The translations under genes and the position numbers were made by a program. A stretch of DNA of 62,752 nt, filler included, from Asterionella formosa (taxonomy: Eukaryota): assembly GCA_002256025.1 (NCBI GenBank). It is 16 parts of 16 records of this genome, joined end to end, with 100 filler letters (N's around TTAATTAATTAA, not from the genome) between each part and the next. Parts side by side here need not be neighbours in the genome. Positions count along the whole stretch, not along the records: positions 48,233 to 50,222 come from NKIB01000696.1; positions 50,323 to 52,311 come from NKIB01000697.1; positions 52,412 to 54,400 come from NKIB01000698.1; positions 54,501 to 56,489 come from NKIB01000699.1; positions 56,590 to 58,577 come from NKIB01000701.1; positions 58,678 to 60,668 come from NKIB01000702.1; positions 60,769 to 62,752 come from NKIB01000703.1; 9 more parts are not named here. One strand, given 5' to 3'. The notes beneath the pieces were generated by a model. It did no database searches and was not told the DNA's origin. It worked only from the letters and a program-made list of their open reading frames with translations. Shown here piece by piece: positions 48,133 through 62,172 of the stretch; position 1 is the first letter of the stretch; each line of letters begins with the position of its first letter.

Positions 48133-48232
48133 NNNNNNNNNNNNNNNNNNNNNNNNNNNNNNNNNNNNNNNNNNNNTTAATTAATTAANNNNNNNNNNNN
48201 NNNNNNNNNNNNNNNNNNNNNNNNNNNNNNNN

Positions 48233-50222
48233 AGGGCGATATAAGGTTCGCTCCCTGTCTCTTGCAATCATCAAACCGCACTTTTTGGAGCCCATTCATT
48301 CAGCAACAATTCTCGGGGGGAACGACGGGCATGATAGGATCAGAAGAAGGTAAAGTATCATCAAAAGGAGGATGTAAAATGGGATCAGAAAGAGTTGAAG
48401 TAGGATCAGAGGAAGGTAAAGTAGGAATAGAAGGAACCTCTTTTGGATCAATCTTGCAGATATGCCGCATTGTCTTTGGAATGCTTCTTCGTTTTTCTGA
48501 TTGACCTCCAAGCGCTTGAAATGAATGTTGAGCTCCTTCTCTAGCAGCCGTCGTGAGGAGGCAACGTTCCGGTTATTAATTTTATCATGATCCTACTCCT
48601 GCTCCAATTAAAGTTTGAGCCTCTCCACCGCCTTGACAATTAAGGAGGCTTCCTCCTGCTCAGCATCATTTAGTTTCTGGCATTTCGTCGCTCCTTGGTC
48701 TTTCCAACTGTAGCGAGTATTTTTATGTGTCCAATGGATGATACGAAATGATACGTGTGTCTTGGCTGAGAACTACAATACAATAGAAAGTATTCCATGA
48801 GATCAGTCAGGATATGTACCAACATCAGGTTCGATGACCACAATCACGATCACGAACGTTTGCTTGAACCACCATTGGGACAGTATGGCGTTGCTTGAGG
48901 TGGTTGGGAAGAAGGAGAAAGGCGACAGGCCGATGTGAAGGCCTTTGATTCCAACAAGAGCAATCACGACAATGGTAATTTTGAGTGTTTATGATTTCCA
49001 TTGTAACAATTACAAACAATATACCCCCGAGACTATCATTTTTTCATCGAAATTATAGATCAAATCATGACATCAGGTTATTTGACATGTACCGTATTTT
49101 AGTCTTTAATCTTCAGGACCATAAGGAGGCAATGAAATTTCCTGAATACCGAAATACAACGATTTTGCCTTAATAGCTTCTCAATCTTCAATCGTCGTAT
49201 TTCAGGTCCATAAGCTTCGGCCTAGTTAACTAACAGATGCTATAACTTGAAAACGAAAACATAGATTTACCTGAAAGGAGTTCGACTTATTGAAAAATAG
49301 CATATATAAAGTGATCAATATATATACTCAGCAACGTAGATGCTAATAGGCATTGGATCGAAGTATCGTAGTGAAAGAATTTAGGGGACTGTTGGTAGAT
49401 AGATTTTACTCTATTGGTATTGGTATTTCCGGACAACATAAAAGAGTACCGGTAGGTAAAGATTGGCTAGATTGCCAATCAATTGATATCTACTGATCAT
49501 CACGCTGGTGGTCATACACAGCTAGTCTGTATTTAGGCTATTATTACACAGATGCATGATTTCATGCTAATGTAGCTACATTATTTTTTTTCACTATTTT
49601 TCATTAGCTGTATATTGATTGTTTTCACTTCATTTCGGGTATATGTATATTAGACATATACACTCCTACCAATAATAGACTTGGTCCTTTATTTACTGTA
49701 ATATAGTGCTATAGTATGTGTACTCGTGGTGACTCAATATTAAGTACCAGGTACTCTAAATACATAAAATGGTCTATTCCCTCTTACACGTACCCTGGTA
49801 ACCAGTCGATAGGAGCAAATGGGCGCCGGTACTAGGTACTGGCACCTGGTACCAGAACCGGTATTGTCGCTAGCTTTGTGCACTGTACTCTAGTACTAGT
49901 AAAGTACTAGTGCTAGCTTTGACTACGGGTTTAACTGGGAGTTTAATTTTTTACGACTACATTCCCGGTATACCTATAGTAGTCCCGAAATTCTACCAAG
50001 GTAGCTAGTATTTTCTCGTAGGCCTCGGTAGGCTTCTACTGAGGACAGAAAATACCTCCAAGGTACCAATATTGGCAAATATTTACGTGGTCTAGCATGA
50101 GGTATGTCTGTACCAGCTCAAAATTCTACCTTGGAGAATTTTTGGTAGATTTTTTTTCCTCGTTTGGGAAGCATATTCTAGCTAACTCATCATAATAACG
50201 AGGTTAGGGTTAACAGTGATAT
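48233..50222 (-). repeat. 1.99-kb multicopy sequence, copy 4
   Basis: Nearly identical to the reverse complement of 10461-12450. Confidence 0.95.
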
Positions 50223-50322
50223 NNNNNNNNNNNNNNNNNNNNNNNNNNNNNNNNNNNNNNNNNNNNTTAATTAATTAANNNNNNNNNNNNNNNNNNNNNN
50301 NNNNNNNNNNNNNNNNNNNNNN

Positions 50323-51310
50323 GTTATTACCATGGTCAGAAGTCGCAGTAGATTGAATTGGTCCATGGAAGATAACAGTGGCAACTCAAGTAATTGAATT
50401 TCGTGCTCTAACTTGTATTGATACAGTCACCAATTTGGCAGAAATTTCACGTATCACCAATAAAACATCAGAATATATTGCAATGAAATTTGAAAATGAT
50501 TGGTTAGCCAGATATCCCCGTCCAGAACGTTGTATACATGACAATGGAGGTGAATTTACTGGTGCTCCTTTCTTACACATGTTGGTGTTGAATGGAATTA
50601 AAGATGTGACTACTACAGTCAAGAATACACAAGCAAATGCTATCTGTGAATGTTTACATCAATCTATCAGTAATAGTCTACGAGTTATGTTAAAGGCTCA
50701 TCCTCCAATGAATGAATTTCAAGCCCAAAATATTGTGGATACGTGTTTTGCAACTGCATCATATGCAGCTCGAGCTACTATTCATAGTATATTACGTATT
50801 TCACCAGGAGCATGGGTTTTTGAACGTGATATGATATTAAATATTCCTTTGATTACAGATTTACAATTAATATATCAACGTCGACAAGTGATAATTGACG
50901 AACGTTTACATCGTGCTAATTTCCGTCGTCGATCTTATGATTACAAAGTGGGTGACGAGATTTTAATATTATTGGATAATCCTACTACTTTGGATGATCG
51001 TGGACAAGGTCCTTATACTATTATTCAAGTACATGCCAATGGTACAGTTACTTTTCAACGCACTATGCACATTACAGAACGAATTAATATTCGTCGTATC
51101 AATCCTTTTCATAGGTAAAAGGTTTTCTCTCAAGTGTGGGAGAGTGAGCAATCCTGCACATCGATACAGATGTATATAGGGTTAGGGAAATATCAAATAT
51201 ATCGGAATTCAATAATGAGAGAACTCGACTAACACCCATTCTATACTTTGATGTCAGTTCAGGAAATGAGTTGTACATAAGGATTAATTAATAAGCTCAT
51301 ATATTCAACA
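50323..51310 (+). mobile_element. Ty3/Gypsy LTR retrotransposon 3' end: integrase (premature stop) plus possible PPT and LTR
   Basis: LPWSEVAVD*IGPW...ALTCIDTVTNLAE...WLARYPRP...HDNGGEF...QANAICE...GPYTI...NIRRINPF, ending at 51118. Purine tract GGGAGAG followed by TG (51145)...TCAACA (51310) as a tentative LTR. Confidence 0.85.
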
Positions 51311-51546
51311 AATACTACTACTTCTAGTTAGAAACTTCACCTGGTACTGTATACCTGATATATCGGTACTGGTACCAGGGACATCCGGGAACGTGCCTGT
51401 GACCGCTGAACGGTAATAATTTTGGGTTGTTAAATACTATTACCTAATTAAACAGAACTTCATATATATAAATTGAGAGGGCGTCGTGCATGGGCTGGCA
51501 CGCTTTCTTGGATGCTTGGCTTGTGCTCATGACCCTTGCTGCTTAA

Positions 51547-51775
51547 GGGTCGTTCTTATCATTCCGAATTTGCTGTATCATTTCCGGGTTGTGGGCAAAA
51601 AGTGACGGTTGGTATCAAACAAGGTATCAGCAACGGTAACTTGATGGTATCAATTTTGTATCATTGATACAAAATTGATACCGTCTTTTACCCCCTCCAA
51701 AAAAGATACTGATGTTTTCACGCGGGTATCATCTCCGTTGCCACTGACAAGATAACCGAGAATACGCCTGCTGGG
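51547..51775 (+). mobile_element. Terminus of a PIF/Harbinger-like DNA transposon
   Basis: TAA|GGGTCGTTCTTATCATTCCGAATTTGCTGTATCATTTCCGGG..., matching the reverse complement of 2265-2506, with many GGTATCA motifs. Confidence 0.6.
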
Positions 51776-52005
51776 CAGTTCTTTCATTGAAATCTAGATA
51801 ATATACATTAAAATTATTCATAGTGTGTGCATCAAAGAAGCACCATAAAATCATTATAGCGGCCGTATGTGGCAATGTTCAGCCACAACACCAAAGAACG
51901 ACGACCACAGAGTCGAGAATTGAACAGATTTAGTGATGTACATAGCGATATACCCGGTATCTAATTACAGGTACCTGATACTGATGTTCGGGAACTCATG
52001 ACAAA

Positions 52006-52209
52006 GTATTAGGCGATAGAATACGAAAATGATCACTTGACCACGACGTATACTAGCTGTGCAAATACTTTGGCTAGCTTTGGCTGTGACTACCGGGACA
52101 GACACATAAGATATCTACCAGTAGCAGACTAAAATACTCGGCCAGCACGTACTAGGCAATAGAATACCAAAATGATCACGTGACTACAACAAATACCTGT
52201 GCAAATACT
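52006..52209 (+). repeat. Degenerate ~60-bp direct repeat
   Basis: GTA.TAGGC.ATAGAATAC.AAAATGATCAC.TGAC...CTGTGCAAATACT at 52006 and 52149. Confidence 0.75.
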
Positions 52210-54500
52210 ATTGACTATAGTAGTCCATATACATAATTCGCGTGCTGGTAGAATTCTTGCATGCTTTGAGGACTGGTTTGGTCTGTATCATTGCATAAGG
52301 TGTCTCCTCTTNNNNNNNNNNNNNNNNNNNNNNNNNNNNNNNNNNNNNNNNNNNNTTAATTAATTAANNNNNNNNNNNNNNNNNNNNNNNNNNNNNNNNN
52401 NNNNNNNNNNNCATCATGGAAATACCAAAATAGTGCAGCAGAAAACTGAATATGTTCATGTGTTTAGGATCATTTGATCATATTTTTAAGATCAATTGAT
52501 CCTGATTCTTGAAAATAAATGTTGATCGTTCATTTTCTCATCAACGACACCGTTCATCATATGATCAATATGTTATGATCAAAGTTATAGGATAAACGAA
52601 TCTAAATTCATTGATTGAAGATCATAGTTTGTACCGGAGTAGTTGCTCATGCATGCAACCCCTTCCTCCCCCTGTATACAGTACGAAAGTGATAACCCTC
52701 AAGCTACCAAATTTTTATGTCTCTTGTAAGAATTATCGCAGCATGCATGCATACATGACTCCTACTGGTATATACAATGCGGAAATGATGACCAGCAGAC
52801 TACCAATCCTATAGGTCCTGTAGAATTATCGCAACATGGCTGCATATCTAATGAAAGGGCGGGAGGAGTCATCCATGCACCTGTATAGTATGAAATATGG
52901 AAATGATCAAATATAGCTAGTCTACACAAGGAGCAGTGCATCATATATGCCCTGTTATTTTAATTCCTATGAAATCTCTCGATCTGTTCTGCGCTTTTTC
53001 GCCAACACAATTGTTTTCATTGGCTGTTTCACTGGACAGCATTCGAATTGATTGTGCTTTGAACGAAGCAATGATCAAAGTCCACCCTATTGCAGAATGG
53101 TGAGTCTCACAACTAAGTATCAGCCAGTCGATTAAAATTGGACTGTCTTTTGTGCACCCTTGCTTGTTGTGTTTGTACTTGACTTGGCAGCTGTCAGCCA
53201 AGAGCAGCCATGGCATGCCACGCACCATTTATTGTCTACACAAGTTTCGAATGCGTTCAGCTATGATAACTTCTGCTCCCCCCCCTAGACACTATCTCAC
53301 CACCCTTGTCGCATATTTTTCTTTATCCTTCGGCTTCACAGGCCCAGGTTACTCAATGCCTTCATCTGCAAGGAGTTCAGCCAAGCAGATCCACGTTGGC
53401 GTCAAGAAAACCTCAACCCCGATTTTCCTCACATGCTCCACCCATTGACTTCTTCATTGATGAAGTCAAGGGAGCTATACTGACGACATTGCAGCTGTGT
53501 TGTTAGGCGCAATCATTTAATTTGGCTGAATGCATTTATGTGTGATTGTGATACAAATACTGGATGCGAAAATTCTTAAAAATAATTTTGCGAAAACCAA
53601 ATGGGGTAATCCGTGATCATAATGGTATATAAAATTATATGCAATTATACATAAAAATTTAATTACTGCTGTGACCTATTACTGGCAAATTTTGTCCACA
53701 TAAAAGGGTTTGTATCTCAGTACCTCGACCTTCAATAAGAATACCGACAGATCCACAACCTGCTGACTCCTTTGGTTAACAAGACCTGGAAGTTTGATTC
53801 TCGCAAGGCATGGAAAAGGTTTAGTCGAACTAATCAAACGAATAGGAGAACTCAGTGGGTCACAGCAGTTCTTTACTGGTACTAGGGTGACCGACCTTCT
53901 TGCAGCACTGGGGTTGCCACTCGTACAGTCAACCTACGGTACCATGGTACTCGCGCCATACAGCCTCGAACATATGTATACTCGTGTCAGGCATGAGACC
54001 CCCTCGTGCGTGTCTTGCCTTTAGCAAGAGCGCATGCTGCGTTGTACGTACTTACAATTGTATATGTACATATTCATGATATTAATAAATGTGTTTTATG
54101 CTCAGGATACCATTTCGTAAGCTGACAAACGGAAGAACCAGTGCTTAACACCAGAAACATACGGTACCTGGTACAAGTAATCGATTTCATCATTGGCCTC
54201 ATGAGGATGGATGGTAATGATCCCTCTCCAAACAAAAAGGTCCCAACCACCACACCACAATATATCTACACTATCTAGCAGGAACCAACTACCGGGTACT
54301 CATGGGCTCCTTGTTTCTGGGGTTAATGCCCTGGATGGAAGAAGTTTCTTTCCAAGCGTTGCTGAACCACGAGTACAAAAAGGAATCCAAGATTGTCCAA
54401 NNNNNNNNNNNNNNNNNNNNNNNNNNNNNNNNNNNNNNNNNNNNTTAATTAATTAANNNNNNNNNNNNNNNNNNNNNNNNNNNNNNNNNNNNNNNNNNNN

Positions 54501-55523
54501 ACCCCTTATCGCTCTGGCCTGGTCTATGACCGCATTGTGCCTGATGGTGCTGAACTTTCCCCCAAAGCTCGCGCGGCCATTATTACACAATACCAGTCAC
54601 TCATTGGGGCTCTCAATTGGCTGGCTGTCAGCACACGTCCTGATGTCTCTGTGGCCCTCACTCTCCTGGCTCAGCACAACTCCTATGCCACCCCTGCTCA
54701 CCTTTTAGGTGCCAAGTATGTGTTACGATACCTGGCTGGCTCTGCCGATCATGGCATTGCCTTTACCTCGCAATTTGCTTCCTCATACCTCTCCACCACC
54801 TTTGGCTGGCCCAAGGACACTCCCACTCTCACCACTTACACCGATGCCAACTGGGGCCCCCAAGATGCTTCCAAACCCAACCCCACCGACATCATCTCTC
54901 TTGCCGAGTGTTGCTCCCTTCTTGGTTCCATCAGAACACGTACAGGTGGCCCCATTGCCTGGCATGTCATTCGTGAACCTCGTGTGAGCCGCAGTACCTG
55001 CGAATCTGAAATCAAATCTGCAGATGAGGGCACCAAGGTTACCCAATTCATCCGCCATATCCTTAGTGACCTCCACATGCCTGATGTCACTCTCCCCACC
55101 CCTCTTTGGAATGACAACCGAGGTGCTGTGGACTGGTCCCACAACTGTGCTAACAAAAAGATGCGGCATATTAATATCCGCAACATGGCTGTGCGCGACG
55201 CTCACCGTTTTTCCGAAATCTTTGTCACCCACCTCCCAGGGGATACCAATGTTGCTGATCTGTTCACCAAAGAACATAAAGATGATGCCCATTTTCTCCG
55301 CCTCCGCAATATTATTGTCCCGTCTCATGGGAATTTTCTCACTTGAGGGGGGTGTTGGTACCATATACCGGTTACTCCGTATATCCTACCAAGATTCCTG
55401 TAAGTGCTTAATTCCCGTGAGTACTGGTCCCTCTACAGCTAGTTAAATACTACTTTAGAATCTCAGTTCCTTGTTAATGTAGCTGCCGCTGGCATCCGTT
55501 GCAAGCGTTTCTCCCTCTCAACA
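54501..55523 (+). mobile_element. Ty1/Copia LTR retrotransposon 3' end: RT C-terminus, RNase H, PPT and 3' LTR
   Basis: Open frame 54501-55346: YQSLIGALNWL..TRPD, YTDANWG, SRSTCESE, DNRGA, KMRHINIR, NVADLFTK. PPT GAGGGGGG followed by TGTTG (55353)...CAACA (55523). Confidence 0.9.
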
Positions 55524-56076
55524 CACACAACTGGCACATCAAGAACGTAACGGTAAGCCATTCTTAAGGTTTGCTCACATATGGCTGGTTTGATTGTATA
55601 TTTACGGACAAATAATCGCAATATTCGGACTTTCCCGGAACTCCCCGGGTACCGGTACTGTGTATATACCGGTAATCAAACAATATAACTGTACATAAAA
55701 TCTACACAATTTATAGGAGTATACCCGAAGTTGAAACATATAGAGATTCCTGATTCCAGATCAGGTTATGAGAGAGTCAATTTATTATCGTCTGTAGTGA
55801 CCTGATTAGGAACATGTACACCAATCCACTAGATAATTGATTCAAGGACACAAGGTTAAATTTCGCGTGTAAAATGCCACAGTTGAGAGAGGATGGACTC
55901 TAGAAGTCAATCAGACCTAGAGCCCAAATCAATAAATGATTGACTAGACAATTACAGATACACTATTTCATAATCAAAATATAACAGTTTCATAATTCCA
56001 TAATAAATACTAATTGATCTTCCTAAATATTACCATAATGACCATCTCCCATGTTGGGTCAATATGCGAAGTGCTC

Positions 56077-56489
56077 CTATACCTGTTTCTTGCATTTCGG
56101 CGAAGCAGACTCAATTGCGACTTTTCCAACAGCATTGGCATTTGTCAACTGATTGTTGTCATTATTGTAAGCCAAGCTCCGCAATGCTAATGTAACATAG
56201 TGTTCCACATTACTTATCTTTGGATGAGTCTCCTTAGCAGACTGAATCGTAGCAATACCTCCTGCTTCAATAATCATAACTTTGTTGTCGTCATTATACT
56301 CAGCCAAGGTCCAAAGTGCTGCACAACCATAGAGTTGCACATTAGCATTGTCTAAATGATATTTCATCGCAGACAGAATCGTAGTGATACCTCCTTTTTC
56401 AGCAATCATCACTTTGTTGTTGCCATTAAAAGCCAAGTTCATAAGTGCTGCACAACCATTCTCTTGCACATTAGCATTGGAGAAATGAG
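56077..56489 (-). CDS. Armadillo-repeat protein, C-terminal fragment
   Basis: ARM repeats VQENGCAALMNLA...IAEKGGITTILSAMK.H...NVQLYGCAALWTLA...IIEAGGI; runs off the contig end. Confidence 0.85.
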
Positions 56490-56589
56490 NNNNNNNNNNN
56501 NNNNNNNNNNNNNNNNNNNNNNNNNNNNNNNNNTTAATTAATTAANNNNNNNNNNNNNNNNNNNNNNNNNNNNNNNNNNNNNNNNNNNN

Positions 56590-58577
56590 ATCTTGTCAGC
56601 ATGATCCTCCATGAAAAGACCAAGGGCATAGCAGCTGAGATTGTTGCTACTGACAAAAAGGCGAAGAAAAGTCTTCGTCATGCCTTGGCCAAGATTGGAG
56701 AACGCATGGCGCTACTTGGCACATTAACTCAGACGGGTGATGATGGTCAAAATAGCACTCCAAATTGGCAAATCAAGAAACTAAAGTCAAAAATCAAAGC
56801 ATTGAAAAGAAAGGATTCCGAGAAAGGAAGAGGGATAGGCGATAAGAAACAACAGAGCGAGAACAATTATATTCCAGATAATGTAATTGAGGCAGTGAAG
56901 AAAGCTGGAGGGAAATTCGGGAGCAAATATGTGAGCTATCTGCTCAGGGGTCGAAATAAAGAGGAAGGTCGTGTTGTTAAATCGGTATTGAGTGAAGGAC
57001 ATGACAATGAGCAAGCCGATTCTGAAGATGATGCGACTGAAGGTCCCAGCCACATGCCAAGTGACGCTGCTTCCGCATCATTCGGCCGCGACTCTCGGAA
57101 TAGGCATTCTGAGAACCCAACCAAAAAGCAAAAGGTCAGCTCAACAAGCAGCACCCGTAGGGAGCTCGCTGGTGTGGTGACTCACTGTAAAGTGGGCTAC
57201 AAGGTTGGAAAGGCACTAGTCATACAGCATCCTAATGACTTTAAGGTCACAGCTCGTCTGGAAGTGGATTCCAGAGCCGACACATGTTGTTTTGGGAAAA
57301 CATTCCGCCTACTAGAGCAAAGCGATCGAGTGGCAGATGTTCAGGGCTTCTCTGGGGAGCTAGGATCCTTTTCAGATGTTCCAATTGGCACATGTGCAAC
57401 AGCAATTGACCTAACAGGGCTACAGGAAACCATCATTGGTGTCTGGAACGAAGGCCTTTACTTTGGCAAGCGTTTAGACGATTCACTCCTCAACCCTAAT
57501 CAGTGTCGAGCATATGGTATTGTAGTCGACACCTGCCCCAAGCAATATTCCCAAGGAAAATCTTTGCATGGAATTTATGTTCCAGAACAAGACCTTTTCT
57601 TCCCATTTAAGATGCATGGATGCATCAGCTATCTCACTACTCGCCTCCCTACCGATGATGAATTAGTCAACTGTCGGCACGTCACATTTACTTCCGATGC
57701 AGCATGGGACCCTTATTCGCAGTCCTTTGCCAACCTCGAGAAGGTTTATGAAAATGTTGCTCGTGGAGATACAACTGGGGAGTTCTTTAGCACACATGGC
57801 GACATTGTGCACTGTGTTGGAGCCACTTCCAGCACAGATCGCCGCTCAACTGTGGATGCAGCCACACTGGCCCGACGATGGGGGACAAGTTTGGCAACTG
57901 CAGCGAGTACCCTGCAGGCATCTACAACAAGAGCAGTTCGGTTTTACCCACAAATGGAAGAGCTCTCCCGCCGGTTTCGTACGCGTCAAGGACAGCTACG
58001 ATACCCTCACCTTCGTACTAGGTGGTACACTGATACCATGTTTCCCAAGGACAAGGTGAAGTCGGTGAGGGGACACACATGTGCACAACTTTTCTGTAAT
58101 GATCAGTGTTGGGCCAAGGTGTATCCAATGCGCTCTGAGGCAGATTGTGGGGATAGATTCAATGCGGCCATCCGGCAATATGGGATTCCAGAACTAGGTA
58201 TCCACTCAGACAATGCAGCTGCGGAAACGGGGGACTTCACAGAGTTCGAGAGAGTCCGGAAGATCCACTTAGTTCCTCGCACAACAACAGAGCCTCACAG
58301 CCCCTGGATGAACAGAGCTGAGAGCGAGATTGGACAATTCAAGACGCATTGGCGTCGTATCATGAATAGGTACAGATGTCCAGACATGCTGTGGTGTTTT
58401 GCAGCGGAATATACCTCCAACATCCGTGAGCTCATGTCTAGACCTGCACTTGAGGGTCGATCTCCATATGAAGTAATGACAGGTGAGACTCCTGATATTT
58501 CGGAGTATACAGATTTCGATTTCTATCAGTTTGTGATTTACTATGATCCCAATGATATGGACGAGAGTGGCCTGGCC
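56590..58577 (+). mobile_element. Ty1/Copia (CoDi-type) gag-protease-integrase fragment, intact frame
   Basis: Uninterrupted ORF across the contig with the same protease and integrase motifs as 6280-8270. Confidence 0.92.
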
Positions 58578-58677
58578 NNNNNNNNNNNNNNNNNNNNNNN
58601 NNNNNNNNNNNNNNNNNNNNNTTAATTAATTAANNNNNNNNNNNNNNNNNNNNNNNNNNNNNNNNNNNNNNNNNNNN

Positions 58678-60668
58678 ATCTTGTCAGCATGATCCTCCAT
58701 GAAAAGACCAAGGGCATAGCAGCTGAGATTGTTGCTACTGACAAAAAGGCGAAGAAAAGTCTTCGTCATGCCTTGGCCACCAAGATTGGAGAACGCATGG
58801 CGCTACTTGGCACATTAACTCAGACGGGTGATGATGGTCAAAATAGCACTCCAAATCGGCAAATCAAGAAACTAAAGTCAAAAATCAAAGCATTGAAAAG
58901 AAAGGATTCCGAGAAAGGAAGAGGGATAGGCGATAAGAAACAACAGAGCGAGAACAATTACATTCCAGATAATGTAATTGAGGCAGTGAAGAAAGCTGGA
59001 GGGAAATTTGGGAGCAAATATGTGAGCTATCTGCTCAGGGGTCGAAATAAAGAGGAAGGTTGTGTTGTTAAATCGGTATTGAGTGAAGGACATGACAATG
59101 AGCGAGCCGATTCTGAAGATGATGCGACTGAAGGTCCCAGCCACATGCCAAGTGACGCTGCTTCCGCATCATTCGGCCGCGACTCTCGGAATAGGCATTC
59201 TGAGAACCCAACCAAAAAGCAAAAGGTCAGCTCAACAAGCAGCACCCGTAGGGAGCTCGCTGGTGTGGTGACTCACTGTAAAGTGGGCTACAAGGTTGGA
59301 AAGGCACTAGTCATACAGCATCCTAATGACTTTAAGGTCACAGCTCGTCTGGAAGTGGATTCCAGAGCCGACACATGTTGTTTTGGGAAAACATTCCGCC
59401 TACTAGAGCAAAGCGATCGAGTGGCAGATGTTCAGGGCTTCTCTGGGGAGCTAGGATCCTTTTCAGATGTTCCAATTGGCACATGTGCAACAGCAATTGA
59501 CCTAACAGGGGTACAGGAAACCATCATTGGTGTCTGGAACGAAGGCCTTTACTTTGGCAAGCGTTTAGACGATTCACTCCTCAACCCTAATCAGTGTCGA
59601 GCATATGGTATTGTAGTCGACACCTGCCCCAAGCAATATTCCCAAGGAATATCTTTGCATGGAATTTATGTTCCAGAACAAGACCTTTTCTTCCCATTTA
59701 AGATGCATGGATGCATCAGCTATCTCACTACTCGCCTCCCTACCGATGATGAATTAGTCAACTGTCGGCACGTCACATTTACTTCCGATGCAGCATGGGA
59801 CCCTTATTTGCAGTCCTTTGCCAACCTCGAGAAGGTTTATGAAAATGTTGCTCGTGGAGATACAACTGGGGAGTTCTTTAGCACACATGGCGACATTGTG
59901 CACTGTGTTGGACCCACTTCCAGCACAGATCGCCGCTCAACTGTGGATGCAGCCACACTGGCCAGACGATGGGGGACAAGTTTGGCAACTGCAGCGAGTA
60001 CCCTGCAGGCATCTACAACAAGAGCAGTTCGGTTTTACCCACAAATGGAAGAGCTCTCCCGCCGGTTTCGTACGCGTCAAGGACAGCTACGATACCCTCA
60101 CCTTCGTACTAGGTGGTACACTGATACCATGTTTCCCAAGGACAAGGTGAAGTCGGTGAGGGGACACACATGTGCACAACTTTTCTGTAATGATCAGTGT
60201 TGGGCCAAGGTGTATCCAATGCGCTCTGAGGCAGATTGTGGGGATAGATTCAATGCGGCCATCCGGCAATATGGGATTCCAGAACTAGGTATCCACTCAG
60301 ACAATGCAGCTGCGGAAACGGGGGACTTCACAGAGTTCGAGAGAGTCCGGAAGATCCACTTAGTTCCTCGCACAACAACAGAGCCTCACAGCCCCTGGAT
60401 GAACAGAGCTGAGAGCGAGATTGGACAATTCAAGACGCATTGGCGTCGTATCATGAATAGGTACAGATGTCCAGACATGCTGTGGTGTTTTGCAGCGGAA
60501 TATACCTCCAACATCCGTGAGCTCATGTCTAGACCTGCACTTGAGGGTCGATCTCCATATGAAGTAATGACAGGTGAGACTCCTGATATTTCGGAGTATA
60601 CAGATTTCGATTTCTATCAGTTTGTGATTTACTATGATCCCAATGATATGGACGAGAGTGGCCTGGCC
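58678..60668 (+). mobile_element. Ty1/Copia (CoDi-type) gag-protease-integrase fragment, intact frame
   Basis: Third copy, with an in-frame 3-bp insertion (LATK) and a few substitutions. Confidence 0.92.
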
Positions 60669-60768
60669 NNNNNNNNNNNNNNNNNNNNNNNNNNNNNNNN
60701 NNNNNNNNNNNNTTAATTAATTAANNNNNNNNNNNNNNNNNNNNNNNNNNNNNNNNNNNNNNNNNNNN

Positions 60769-62172
60769 TTTCATTCTGGCAAAAATGGCCGCTGCTTTTA
60801 CTGCAGCATCTCGATCTCGACTTTTTGCAAAGGCATTGATAACAATGTTGAATGAGATTGTGTTTGGCATAACATGAATATCTCCTGCATTGTATCGTTC
60901 AAGCATAACTTCCAAAAGGGCTTCCGCTCGTATTGCAGCGTCCTTGGATCGTGACTTGGCAAGACAGTCAAGCACAGTGCTGTATGTGTGTACATTTGGC
61001 TTTACTCCAGGGAAACCTGATTTGTCAATTTCATACATTCGTTGCAAGATAGCTTCTGCCCGTGATGCAGCTATAGGCTCCTTGGACTTTGCCCATGCGT
61101 TCAAAACAGAAGAAAAGGAAAATACATCTGGAAACAAAGTGGAATTGTTTGTCGCAGTTGCCATGGTGTGCATCTTCTGTAGAAGAGCCTCAGCCCTTTG
61201 AGCAGCTCCTTGCTCGCCACTTTGAGCCCAGGCATTTATTAGAGAATTGAATAGTATTCGATTTGGGGCCAGGTTGGGGTCGTTTGTCCTCTCAAAGTCA
61301 TCAAGAAGTTCTTGCATAATTGATTCTGCTTCTTTGGCCCTTCCATTTTTTGCAAAGGCAGCAATAACTGTACTGTAAGCTATTGCGTCGGGCTTCATTT
61401 CATGTGTTAAACTACTATCGCTCAGTTTCTTCATATGTTGAAGTATCTGGTAGCATCGATCTGCCGCTCCAACATCGTCACTCTTGGACCACGCATCCAT
61501 CACGGTATTGAAACTTATTGCGTTGGGTTCTGGGGATTCTTTTAGAAGCATCTCTGCTCGTTGGGCTGCTCCTGGTTGTCGACTATTGGCCCAGGCTGAC
61601 ATTACTGTACTGTACGTTTTCATGTTTGGCTTCAACCCATGCCATCCGTTTGCTGTCAAATCTTTCATCTGCTGCAACAATGCTTCAGCTCGTTGTGGCG
61701 CGTCCGATGCCCCACTCTTGGCAAGAGCATCAATGGCAACTGTAAACGTAATAGTATCTGGCCGTGCCATTGGGTTTTTGTGTCTCCCATTCAGCAATGT
61801 CTGGATAACTTCTTCAGCAAGGTCGTGTGCATTTTCCTCACCATTCTTGATTGCAGTGTTTATGATCATGTTGTATATCCTAGTATCGTACGACAGATTG
61901 GGAATAATGGAACAATATGATTCAATCTTTCTCAATACTTGTGTTGCTGTTATTGTTCCCGAATGGAGTGACCATGATAAAACAAGCGCACGTACCAAGG
62001 CTGTATTCCTATCCCCAACGTCCTCATCTGGCGGAATGACATGTTGTTGTTGTTGTTGTTGTTGTTGGTGATTCCTCGTTTGTTCTTCTTGGACTATACG
62101 ATCCATCAACTTCCAGGCCATTTCGATGCCCATGGTAGTATGTTTGTCTTTCCAATAACTGAATCCACGCAT
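60769..62172 (-). CDS. Pentatricopeptide-repeat (PPR) protein, 3'-truncated
   Basis: Repeated P[DN]xxx[YF]xxVxxAWAKS...AAQRAEALL motifs typical of diatom PPRs. PolyQ from (CAA)n at ~62042-62068. Confidence 0.93.

Noticed and set aside
44050..50222. Apparent tandem array of three 2-kb units (also 56590-60668)
   Set aside because: The units are separate contigs split by linkers, so a tandem arrangement cannot be inferred.
52941..53506. Decayed minus-strand ORF in contig 12
   Set aside because: Interrupted by stops, and no family could be recognised.
1993..60768. Regularly spaced TTAATTAATTAA motif as a CRISPR-like or biological repeat
   Set aside because: It is always centred in an exact 100-bp N block and gives stops in six frames, so it is an artificial concatenation linker. 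Adjacency across it has no biological meaning.
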